Assembly: GCA_040005235.1 (NCBI GenBank) | Contig: JBDTZG010000050.1 | Span: forward strand, 1 to 39,709 | Source of the DNA: Acidobacteriota bacterium | GTDB taxonomy: Bacteria; Acidobacteriota; Thermoanaerobaculia; Multivoradales; UBA5704 | Reading direction: 5' to 3' | Length of the DNA stretch: 39,709 nt | Part shown: piece by piece, positions 25,904 to 34,013 of the stretch | How positions within the stretch are numbered: the first letter of the stretch is position 1 | How the letters are laid out: the number at the start of each line of letters is the position of its first letter | Translations under genes and position numbers: made by a program | Notes under the pieces: generated by a model | The model's input: the letters and a program-made list of their open reading frames with translations, nothing else | The model's database searches: none | Told to the model about the DNA's origin: nothing

Positions 25904-26623
25904 ATGAACAGGGAAATCAACCCACAGGTCTACGCGAGAGTCGGGGGCGTTCTGTACTTGATCATTATCGCTCTCGGCATGGTCGAGGAGTTTTTCATTC
26001 GCGGCCGGATCACGGTCGCCGGCGATGCCGCCGCGACGTTCGCCAATCTGCACTCGATGGAGAGGCTCTGGCGGACCGGCATTGCGATCGAGCTGGTGAT
26101 AGGGATCATCACCATCGTCCTCTCGGTGATCCTCTACGTTTTGACCCGGCCGGTGCAGAAAGAGCTGGCGTTGCTGGCGCTGCTGTTCGGCAGCATCGCC
26201 ACCGCCGTGGAGATCGCGTATTCGATTCAACTGGTGGAGGCACTGTTCCCGCTCGGCAAGAGCGCTTATCTGACCGCTTTTTCGCCCGGCCAGCTCCAGG
26301 CGATGACCGCGCTGGCGATGAAAGCGCATGTGTTCGGATTCGGCATCGCCCTGCTGCTCTTTGGCCCGTTTTTTCTGGTCACGGGATATCTGATCTTCAA
26401 GTCGGGCTACCTGCCGAAGCCGATCGGCGTCCTGTATCAGCTGGCCGGGCTGGGCTATATGTTCAACGGCTTCGTCTTGGTGCTCGCGCCGCAGCTCGCC
26501 GGTCCGGCGTTCATGATCATGGCCGTTCCCGCGTTTCTCGGTGAGACTTCCTTCGCGGCGTGGCTACTGATCAAAGGGGTGCGAATCGAAGGGTGGCAGG
26601 CAAGCCTTCCGTTAGAACCCTGA
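25904..26623 (+). CDS. DUF4386 family membrane protein
   Basis: ARVGGVLYL...GDAAATFAN...LYVLTRPV...GYLIFKSGYLPKPIG...GE...WLLIKG. Confidence 0.85.
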   Translation: MNREINPQVYARVGGVLYLIIIALGMVEEFFIRGRITVAGDAAATFANLHSMERLWRTGIAIELVIGIITIVLSVILYVLTRPVQKELALLALLFGSIATAVEIAYSIQLVEALFPLGKSAYLTAFSPGQLQAMTALAMKAHVFGFGIALLLFGPFFLVTGYLIFKSGYLPKPIGVLYQLAGLGYMFNGFVLVLAPQLAGPAFMIMAVPAFLGETSFAAWLLIKGVRIEGWQASLPLEP

Positions 26624-26634
26624 GGGCCCGTCGG

Positions 26635-27621
26635 TCACGCCCGCGGAAGCTCCAGCCGGGCACGTGTGCCGCCCAGCGTCGAGGTCTCCAGGGTGACGGA
26701 ACCGCCGAGCAGCTCGGCGAGATCGCTGACGATGGCGAGGCCGAGGCCCGTTCCTCGGACCTGCTGGTCGGCGCGCTCGCCTCGCTGTAATACCTGGACG
26801 CGCAGGGACGGATCGAGGCCCGGCCCGTCGTCATCCACCCAGAGTACGAGTCGGTCGTCTTCGAGGGCCGAACCGATGGCGACTCGGGAGCGCGCCCATT
26901 TGCAGGCGTTGTCGAGCAGGTTGCCCAGCATCTCGTCGAGGTCTTCCCGCCGGCCCCGGATTTCGTGCGCGGGCGAAACATCCGTGTCGATCCTGAGCTC
27001 GCGTTCCGCGTGCAGGCGCCGCAGCGTGCGCACGAGACCTTCGACGGACGGCAGGACTGCGCAGCGGAATCCCGGCGCTGCACGGGAGGATGCGGTCGCC
27101 CGGGCACGGGCCAGGGTGTAGTCGATCTGGCGCTGCATCCGCTCGACCAGCTGACCGAGCGTCGTTGCGAGTTCGGGGTGGCCGGCGGCTCTCGCCTGTT
27201 CGGCCTCCAGCGCGAGCACCGCGAGCGGCGTCTTCAATCCGTGCGCGAGATCTCCTGCCGTGGTGAGGGCTCGGGCGATCGCCCGCTCACGATCTTCGAG
27301 CAGAGCATTCAGGTCATTCACGAGCGGCTGCACTTCGGTCGGATGGTCGCCTTCGATTCGCTGGCTGCGCCCCTCGCGCACCGAAGACAGGCTGGCGCGC
27401 AGGTTCCCCAACGGGGCTACCGCTCTTCGAACGAGGAACATTCCCCCCAAGACGAAGGCTAAGACGAAGATTCCCAGCACGACGTGATAAGTCGCACCGT
27501 TCAACCCGAGCTCCGGATGATTCCGCGAGAGCTTGAGCAGCAGAGCGGTGACCGTGACAAATACCGCCGTCATCCAGAGGATCGCTCCAACGAACAGGCG
27601 CGCGCGCAGAGACCCCTTCAC
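26635..27621 (-). CDS. Two-component sensor histidine kinase (PhoQ/QseC-like)
   Basis: 2 TM segments, HAMP (PTEVQPLV..LN.LL), LAHGLKTPL, GNLLDNACKW, DDDGPG, GTGLGLAIV and LGG. Confidence 0.93.
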   Translation of the reverse strand: MKGSLRARLFVGAILWMTAVFVTVTALLLKLSRNHPELGLNGATYHVVLGIFVLAFVLGGMFLVRRAVAPLGNLRASLSSVREGRSQRIEGDHPTEVQPLVNDLNALLEDRERAIARALTTAGDLAHGLKTPLAVLALEAEQARAAGHPELATTLGQLVERMQRQIDYTLARARATASSRAAPGFRCAVLPSVEGLVRTLRRLHAERELRIDTDVSPAHEIRGRREDLDEMLGNLLDNACKWARSRVAIGSALEDDRLVLWVDDDGPGLDPSLRVQVLQRGERADQQVRGTGLGLAIVSDLAELLGGSVTLETSTLGGTRARLELPRA

Positions 27622-28280
27622 GGTTCCGTTCCCATGCGATATCCGAGTCCGCGCACGGTCTCGATCGTTCCGGCGCCGAGCTTCCTTCGAAGACGGGCGA
27701 TGAACACTTCGACGGTGTTCGAGTCGCGGTCGAACGTCTGCGCGTAGATGTGCTCGACCAGCTCGGCCTGCGACACGACCCGGCCGCGATGGTGAAGGAG
27801 GTACGAGAGCACGCGAAGCTCGTGGCTGGTCAGTTTGACCGGCTGCCCGTCGAGAGCAACCTGCGACGTCCGCGGGTCCAGCACCAGCGCGCCGTGGCGA
27901 AGCTCAAGGGTGAGCTGTCCGCTCGAGCGCCGGATCAGAGCGCGCAGCCGCGCCAGCAACTCCTCCATCCGGAACGGCTTGGTGAGGTAGTCGTCCGCGC
28001 CGCCGTCGATGCCGCGGACCTTCTCGCTCCAGCTTCCACGGGCGGTGAGAACCAGCACCGGCACCGCGATTCCGGCGGCGCGCCAGCGTTCGAGCAGCGT
28101 CAACCCGTCGATCTTCGGCAACCCGAGATCGAGAATCACCGCGTCGTAGGGCTCGGTGCCGACGAGAAAGTCGCCGCGCTCTCCGTCCGCGGCCAGGTCG
28201 ACCGCATACCCGCGTTCTCCAAGCGTGGCGGCGAGGCGGTCGGCCAGCAACGACTCGTCTTCGATGATCAGGATTCTCAT
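27618..28280 (-). CDS. OmpR/PhoP-family response regulator
   Basis: MRILIIEDE, ILDLGLP, LTARG, GADDYLTKPF, winged-helix NTVEVFIARLRRKLG and TVRGLGY. Start reset to ATG 28280. Confidence 0.95.
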   Translation of the reverse strand: MRILIIEDESLLADRLAATLGERGYAVDLAADGERGDFLVGTEPYDAVILDLGLPKIDGLTLLERWRAAGIAVPVLVLTARGSWSEKVRGIDGGADDYLTKPFRMEELLARLRALIRRSSGQLTLELRHGALVLDPRTSQVALDGQPVKLTSHELRVLSYLLHHRGRVVSQAELVEHIYAQTFDRDSNTVEVFIARLRRKLGAGTIETVRGLGYRMGTEP

Positions 28281-28330
28281 TCTCGACCGCATTCGACCGA
28301 CAGGCCGATCATACGCGGTGAGCCGACAGC

Positions 28331-28699
28331 CTAGGGCGGACTGGCTGAACGGCCGCTGAACAGGGCGTTCAGGTGGACCCGCCGCATCAATGCCGCGGCT
28401 CTTGCGATCATTCTCGCCCTTGCGCTTGGCTCGATCGTAGGCGGAGTCAAGGCGATACAAAGCCCTCTCCTGCCTTGCTCGGCGTCGACGGCGACCCGGT
28501 TGATCCCTGCCTGTTCGAGGAAGAAATCGAGATCGCGCAACCCCTCAGCGCCTAGGCGAGACTCGATCACCAGCGAGCTCTCGACGAAACTCGCCACCGA
28601 GATCCTCCGCGATGAGGCTGCCTCGATTGCCTCATTGAACTCGCGGCGTTCCGGCTCGTCCTGGAGAATTGCGACCAAAGCCGACGTATCGATCACCAT
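28331..28699 (-). pseudogene. vapC: VapC (PIN) toxin with degenerate C-terminal half
   Basis: MVIDTSALVAIL.DEP...SFVESSLV matches VapC30 for ~75 aa, then diverges; the LNFGDC and KGDDF motifs are missing. Confidence 0.78.
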
Positions 28700-28953
28700 C
28701 AGGTGGCCAGCCCGTTTTCGTCATACCCCAAGATCTCGTCGGCCGACCGCGGGTCGAGCACCGGTAGACGTGCGCAATGGAGAGCGATCTCGTCGAGCTC
28801 GTCGGCAAGGCGACGCACTTTCCGCTCACGCCGAACCCGCACCAACTGGTCGCTAAGAGCACGTCGGACTGCCTCGGTCTTCGTCTCGCCGGTAAGGTTA
28901 GCCAACGCCTGGGCCAGTTCCTCTATCTCACGGTTTCTAATGTTGAGAGCCAT
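28699..28953 (-). CDS. vapB: Type II TA antitoxin VapB (Rv0623/VapB30-like), copy 2
   Basis: 70/84 aa identical to copy 1 by manual comparison; stop overlaps the vapC start. Confidence 0.9.
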   Translation of the reverse strand: MALNIRNREIEELAQALANLTGETKTEAVRRALSDQLVRVRRERKVRRLADELDEIALHCARLPVLDPRSADEILGYDENGLAT

Positions 28954-28963
28954 CTATCCTTCC

Positions 28964-28993
28964 GTGTAGCAGTCTGTCCTACAAGGTAACAAC
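28964..28993 (-). promoter_or_regulatory. vapB operator/promoter, copy B
   Basis: GTGTAGCAGTCTGTCCTACAAGGTAACAAC, homologous to copy A. Confidence 0.65.
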
Positions 28994-29100
28994 ACCATAG
29001 TACCGGCATGCCTTGACGCCGACGAACCTTGGCGCCCAGTGTAACCCGGGGGGGACGTCGTTGAGACCGGAAGCTCATCGAAGAAAGGTCCGCAAGTTTC

Positions 29101-29130
29101 TTGACATAAGCAAATTTTTGTAGCTATGCT
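29101..29130 (+). promoter_or_regulatory. Sigma70 promoter
   Basis: TTGACA, 18-nt spacer, TATGCT, 50 nt upstream of ATG 29181 (GGAGGG RBS). Confidence 0.65.
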
Positions 29131-29180
29131 TATCTCAATAGCTTTGCCGTCTCGATAAAGTCGCCACAGGGAGGGAAGCG

Positions 29181-30452
29181 ATGAAGGCTCACCATATCCG
29201 TACTTACCTCGCCGTGTTGGGTTTGGCGTTCCCCGCTCTCACCGCGGCACAAATCCCGGTGAGCACCTGCTATCCCCAAGCCGCACTCTGCACTGCCGGC
29301 GCGGGAGGGTGTAGAGGCTTCGCCACGTCTCTGCCGCCGCTGTCTGAGGTTGCTACGGTGCCAGGCGATGGTTACATGCGCGGCACGAAATGTGGCGCCA
29401 CTCAAGCCGGCGACTTCTGCGGCAATTACCTTGGGTCGATCGTCTGCGAATCCGCAGGATCCGGCCACCATGATTGCGGCCACTGCGGGCCGGCGATCGG
29501 ACCTTGCGAGATGATCCTGGAGGAAGGGGGCGAAGGAAGCGGCGTGGCACCCGCCCTTGCAGCCGAGACCGCGCAACCTTCCGACCCGGAGGAGAGCCAG
29601 ATTTGGAGCCGGCTCCGCACGATCGCCCGAGCCGGCTTACCCGAACAGCTCACCGCGTCCTGGACCGAGCTGGCTTCCCTTCGTTCCCTCCACTTGAGAG
29701 CCCAAGTGGAAGTCTGGAAAGCCGCTTCGGCGGAGACTGGCGGCCATGACACCTGGGGCTCGGGTTCGTACGAATCCTGGGCACAGGGGGAGCGTTTTCG
29801 TACCTCCGCGAAGGTCCCTCCCGGTCTCAATCTGGTGCAATCGACGGACATTGCGTTCGACGGCGACCGGCTGGCTGTCTACCTGGCACCGGACGGAATC
29901 CTCAGCGTTCGCCGGGGTGCCCTGCGCTTCTGGCCGATCGCATTTCGCGACCCGGTCGCCCTGTCGATGTTCTTCTTGAATCCGTTCGACGAGGCAAACT
30001 GCGGACGTTGCGAGTTGCGTCTGAGCGACCTGCGCCGCAACCTCCCCACCGAGGTTTCGCGACGCGGCGTAGCTGGATCACCGCTCGTGCTTCAGGTTCC
30101 GCCGGCCCGTTTCGGTGCGCAAACCCCTTCCAGCTATCGCTTCACCGAACTGGCTGAAACCGATGAGCGCGGCGGTCACCCGCAGGTCATCGAGCATGTG
30201 ACCAAGGGTGGCACGGTGCTCGATCGGGTCGAGCTACGCAACTTCAACCCGGTCGCCGGGAATCCGGCTCTTAAGTTTCCCTGGATGCTGACGTACGAGA
30301 TCTTCGATGAGTTCGGGCACGGCCCTCTGATCCGCACCGTCTACAGGATCGAACAGATCGAAGCGAATCGAGAGATCCCGGCCGAGACCTTCCACCTGAC
30401 CGTGCCCGGCGCACGGATCTGGGACGAAGAGCTGCGTACCTTTGTGCACTGA
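29181..30452 (+). CDS. Secreted protein: Cys-rich N-terminal domain plus LolA-like beta-rich domain
   Basis: Signal peptide; 9 Cys within about residues 30-110; later CxxC; ...DIAFDGDRL... and C-terminal IEANREIPAETF typical of LolA-like folds. Confidence 0.62.
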   Translation: MKAHHIRTYLAVLGLAFPALTAAQIPVSTCYPQAALCTAGAGGCRGFATSLPPLSEVATVPGDGYMRGTKCGATQAGDFCGNYLGSIVCESAGSGHHDCGHCGPAIGPCEMILEEGGEGSGVAPALAAETAQPSDPEESQIWSRLRTIARAGLPEQLTASWTELASLRSLHLRAQVEVWKAASAETGGHDTWGSGSYESWAQGERFRTSAKVPPGLNLVQSTDIAFDGDRLAVYLAPDGILSVRRGALRFWPIAFRDPVALSMFFLNPFDEANCGRCELRLSDLRRNLPTEVSRRGVAGSPLVLQVPPARFGAQTPSSYRFTELAETDERGGHPQVIEHVTKGGTVLDRVELRNFNPVAGNPALKFPWMLTYEIFDEFGHGPLIRTVYRIEQIEANREIPAETFHLTVPGARIWDEELRTFVH

Positions 30453-30500
30453 GCCGGTCGATTCGGTCGAGATAGCGGCGCCCGAGCGGGAGCCGCACTA

Positions 30501-30546
30501 GCTAGGCTCAGATCATCACAGAGCCGGCCCAGATCACCAGTAAGTT
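30501..30546. repeat. Two degenerate copies of the 21-bp unit from 25042-25440
   Basis: GATCATCACAGAGCCGGCCCA (18/21 to consensus) followed by GATCACCAGTAAGTT. Confidence 0.7.
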
Positions 30547-30596
30547 ACCCGTGTAGCAATCTGTCTACACGGTAACAACCCATCCCGCTTCGCCAA
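30544..30596 (-). promoter_or_regulatory. vapB-type promoter/operator, copy C (no vapB downstream)
   Basis: GTTACCCGTGTAG-caatctgt-CTACACGGTAAC IR plus ...CCCATCCCGCTTCGCCAATCC, aligning with copy A (CCCGTCCCGGTTCGTCAATCC). Confidence 0.7.
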
Positions 30597-30660
30597 TCCA
30601 GATTTTCACTGTACGGCAATCTACCGTGCCTTTCAACACTTAAGAAGCGCGTCTCGAAAT

Positions 30661-30714
30661 CGCGCCGAGCGGCTCGTGGCGGCCCTGAAACGCCACCGCG
30701 AAGCGTTGGGATGA
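30661..30714 (+). pseudogene. C-terminal remnant of a DUF1778 (TacA/AtaR-like) antitoxin
   Basis: RAERLVAALKRHREALG*, with the stop overlapping the next ATG (ATGA). Confidence 0.5.
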
Positions 30715-30890
30715 AGCCTCCCGGCCTCGCCATCGAGCCGCTCGCCAAGCATCACGATCGTGCCGGGTTTTCTTGCGGCCAACCGGACCTCGACCGATGG
30801 TTCCAGCTCCAGGCGAGCCAGGATGAGAAACGCAACGTCGCGCGGGTGTTCGTCGCCGTCGACACCGCAGGCCTGCCGAGCTATCCGTAG
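30711..30890 (+). pseudogene. Truncated GNAT toxin (TacT/AtaT-like)
   Basis: MKPPGLAIEPLAKHHDRAGFSCGQPDLDRWFQLQASQDEKRNVARVFVAVD..., stop after 59 aa; the acetyl-CoA-binding part is absent. Confidence 0.8.
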
Positions 30891-30930
30891 AGCTCCTCGC
30901 GCGAGGCGGCACGTGAGCGTGTCTCGCGGC

Positions 30931-31566
30931 CTATCGGTTAGGCGGCGTCTCGACGTTGCCGGGAACTTCTGTCGGTTCCTCGGCCGCGGCGGCGAGGATT
31001 TTTACCGCTACTTTGGCCTGGTCCTTGTTCTCTCGATATTCAACGGTGACGCGCTGTCCGAGGGCGAGGGGCTGGACCAGGATTTCGGTGGTGGGGATGA
31101 GGTAGAACGTGACGTCCCCTTCTCCGACGTGCAGCACGAGAGACGCGTTGGTCGCGGACAGAATCTCGCCGGTTGCCATTGCGGTCTGGATGACGGGAGC
31201 CGGCACTGGTTCCATGACTTTGGCGTCGGCCGCGAGGACCCGCTCGGCGATGATGAAAGCGCTGATCTTGCGTCGGTATTCGACGGTCACCTCGACGCCT
31301 TTTTCCAATTCCACAAGCCGTTGCGTACCTTCGTTGATGGCAATCTTTTGGATCTTCCCGTTCTTGAGCTTGAGGTCGATTCGCGAGGTTATGACTTTAA
31401 CGATGGTGCCGGTGACGTGAGGAATCGCATGCGGCGCGGGAGCGGCGGCCGGAGGTTCGGGCGCCGGCTCCGAGGTCTGTGCTGCCCATCCGGTGCTCGC
31501 CGCGATCAACGTCGTCGCAGCCAGGAAGGCGACGAGGCGGAGAATTCTTCGTTCGGTGGGGTTCAT
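30931..31566 (-). CDS. Secreted protein with two OB-fold-like (DUF5666-like) repeats
   Basis: AAAGGAG RBS; signal peptide; repeats TGTIV...LEKGVEVTVEYR...AERV and TGEIL...LALGQRVTVEYR...AVKI. Confidence 0.68.
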   Translation of the reverse strand: MNPTERRILRLVAFLAATTLIAASTGWAAQTSEPAPEPPAAAPAPHAIPHVTGTIVKVITSRIDLKLKNGKIQKIAINEGTQRLVELEKGVEVTVEYRRKISAFIIAERVLAADAKVMEPVPAPVIQTAMATGEILSATNASLVLHVGEGDVTFYLIPTTEILVQPLALGQRVTVEYRENKDQAKVAVKILAAAAEEPTEVPGNVETPPNR

Positions 31567-31696
31567 GGAGTCTCCTTTGAACTGTCGAATGCAGCGCGCT
31601 CTCGGCACCCCGGTATCGGCTGGCTTGAAGTATACCGGCTTCGCCGACCGCCACCTAGGAGCCCCTCTTTCCCGCAACTGCAAAGTGCATGCGCCT

Positions 31697-34000
31697 TTAC
31701 TCGATGAGGATTCTCTCGGTCGCCGAGACGAACAGCACGTCGGCAAGTGCCGGGTGGCGGCGCAAAAGAGCGCTGCCCTTGCCCTCCAGGCGATCACGAA
31801 TGAGGCCGAGAAAAACGAGGTCCGCGTTGGCCGAGAGGCTGGCCACCAGGCGGTCGAAATCGACCGCTTCGTCGGTGGGAATGATGCGCAGGTTCTTCGT
31901 GCTGATCGGCAAACGGCCTGTCTCGATCAGCTCGATCAGGCGTTTGTTCTGCTCGGCGACATCGGCCTGGGGGAAGGCCGCGAAGATGTGGATCTCTGCC
32001 TCGCTCCAATCCGGATGGCCGAGCAGAATGTAAGCGAGTAGGATCATCAGCGGCGCGTTGTCATAGTCGTGCCAGGTCAGCCAGACGTGCACGTTGCGCC
32101 GGCTCCCGAAGAAGCGCTCGCCGTGGCGGAGAACCAGCGGGCTGATATGGGAGTCCCAGGCGAGGTTGCAGCCATCGCGTAGTTCGTCGAGCAACTCGTC
32201 GCCATCCCTCGCGACGAACTCAAACAGTGTCGTGTTGTGCTCTTTACCGGTAACGCTCGGCATCTGAAACGCCTGGGCAAGAGCCGTTCGGAGGGAGGGG
32301 GAGACGATCGTATCGACCACCAGGGCACTGTCCCGAGCTAAAGTCAGCTCGACCAGGCGCGGCACCATCAGCTCGCTTTGGCGGAAGGTCTCCTGATCGA
32401 GCCGGCCATGGATCAGGTGGAGATACGTACCGAGCCCCTGGCGCCGGCAGATCCAGGTCAGAAGCTGGAGCGGGGCGGAGCGCTCAAACGTGTGGTCGCT
32501 CACTGCGATCACGTTGGGACGCCACTCGCCGGCCGCAGCGCTCGACGCGGAGCGCTGGAGCTGGATCTGGAAAAAACGCGTAGCCTGGGTCATCACCCCG
32601 CGGAAGATCTCGGCGAGGTCGCCCTGCCACCCCTTGCTCGCCCGCAAGCCGATGTAAATTCCGACCATCGCCAAAATCGACAGCACCGCGAAGGCAGGGT
32701 CCATCTGAAACATCAACAACAGACAGAGCAGGGCTCCGAGCAGGCTCAAGTACCAGCGCGAGCGAAAGCTTGGCCGGTAGCTTGGGCGGCTCGCAAAATG
32801 TTCTAGAAAACTGATCGCGCAGAGCGAGCCGTAGGTCACCATGAAGAACATCGACACGATGCGGGCGACGAAATCGATCGAACCCCCGGCGATCGTTACC
32901 AGTGCCACCACCGCGGTCACCAGAGTGGCGTTTCTCGGTTCGTTGGTGCCGCCGCGGCCGGAGGCGAGAAAACGATTCAGCGGCCTGCTCGGCAGCACAT
33001 CATCGCCGCCCAGGGCCTGAAGCGTCCGCGGGGCCACCAAGATCGAGCCGATCGCGGAGGAGAGCGCCGCGCAGCCGAGGCCGATCGGAATGATCGGTCC
33101 CCACAGCGCGATCTTGGACATGATCAGCGGGTCGGTCGCGAGCAGTTCACCGGGAGCGGATAGCGCGAGTTTGATCACCACCGCGGCGTACATCACCAGG
33201 CCGACCAGAGTGGCCGAAAGCACACCGAGCGGGATCGAACGGCGCGGGTTCTTCAGATCGCCCGAAAGTCCGACACCCGCCGTCATTCCGGTGAACGCCG
33301 GAAAGACGATCGCGAATACCAGCATGAAGGAGTCGCCACCTTGAATGCCGTGAAGGATCACCGACTGCCCCGGCGCGGCTTGGGCGATCGGGCTTCCGGC
33401 AAAGAACAGGGCGAGCGACAGACCCAAGACGGCCACGATGCCCCAGAGCGCCTTCACCCCTATGTCCGCGCCGCGGCTGAGCACGAGCAGGATCAATAAA
33501 ACCGAGACCGGGAGGGAGACGAGCCGCGGATCGAATGCGAGGCCGGTCCAGGTCGCGAGCAGGGGCTCTAGCGGCCGAAAGGCTTCGGCGAACGCAATCA
33601 TGTAAAACGCCACCGAGATCGCCTGCGACAAGTAGAGGCCGATGCCGATCGTGGCGCCGATCGTCCGTCCGAACGACCGGGAAATTATGAAGTATTCGCC
33701 GCCTCCTTCAACCCGCCGGTTGGTGGCGATCTCCGAGATCGCGAGCGCCGTCGGGAGGGTCACCATATGACCCAGCACCACGATCATCAGCGCGCCGATC
33801 ATGCCGACGTGCGCAACGGCATAGCCGAAGCGCAGGAAAAGAACAGCGCCTAGAATCGTACTGATCGAGGCGAGGAAGACCGGGGCTGTGCTGAAGCCGT
33901 GGCCGGCCTGAGTCACTTTGCTCTCAACAGACGACGCCTCCGTCTGTGAGAAAACCTCTGGAGTGGCGGCCAGGAAGGAGCGTTTGCGGCTCAAGCTCAA
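31697..34000 (-). CDS. APC-superfamily transporter, cation-chloride cotransporter (SLC12/CCC)-like
   Basis: ILGAVLFLRFG, AISEIATN...GGGEYFIISRSFG, FAIVFPAFTG..AG..LSGDLKNP.RSIP.G, PSYRPSF, WRPN and a C-terminal cytosolic domain. Start uncertain. Confidence 0.88.
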   Translation of the reverse strand: MSLSRKRSFLAATPEVFSQTEASSVESKVTQAGHGFSTAPVFLASISTILGAVLFLRFGYAVAHVGMIGALMIVVLGHMVTLPTALAISEIATNRRVEGGGEYFIISRSFGRTIGATIGIGLYLSQAISVAFYMIAFAEAFRPLEPLLATWTGLAFDPRLVSLPVSVLLILLVLSRGADIGVKALWGIVAVLGLSLALFFAGSPIAQAAPGQSVILHGIQGGDSFMLVFAIVFPAFTGMTAGVGLSGDLKNPRRSIPLGVLSATLVGLVMYAAVVIKLALSAPGELLATDPLIMSKIALWGPIIPIGLGCAALSSAIGSILVAPRTLQALGGDDVLPSRPLNRFLASGRGGTNEPRNATLVTAVVALVTIAGGSIDFVARIVSMFFMVTYGSLCAISFLEHFASRPSYRPSFRSRWYLSLLGALLCLLLMFQMDPAFAVLSILAMVGIYIGLRASKGWQGDLAEIFRGVMTQATRFFQIQLQRSASSAAAGEWRPNVIAVSDHTFERSAPLQLLTWICRRQGLGTYLHLIHGRLDQETFRQSELMVPRLVELTLARDSALVVDTIVSPSLRTALAQAFQMPSVTGKEHNTTLFEFVARDGDELLDELRDGCNLAWDSHISPLVLRHGERFFGSRRNVHVWLTWHDYDNAPLMILLAYILLGHPDWSEAEIHIFAAFPQADVAEQNKRLIELIETGRLPISTKNLRIIPTDEAVDFDRLVASLSANADLVFLGLIRDRLEGKGSALLRRHPALADVLFVSATERILIE

Positions 34001-34013
34001 GGCTCCGCCGGAG

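Noticed and set aside
27618-28460. N-terminal extension on the response regulator
   Set aside because: The extension overlaps the decayed vapC tail; the receiver domain begins at ATG 28280.
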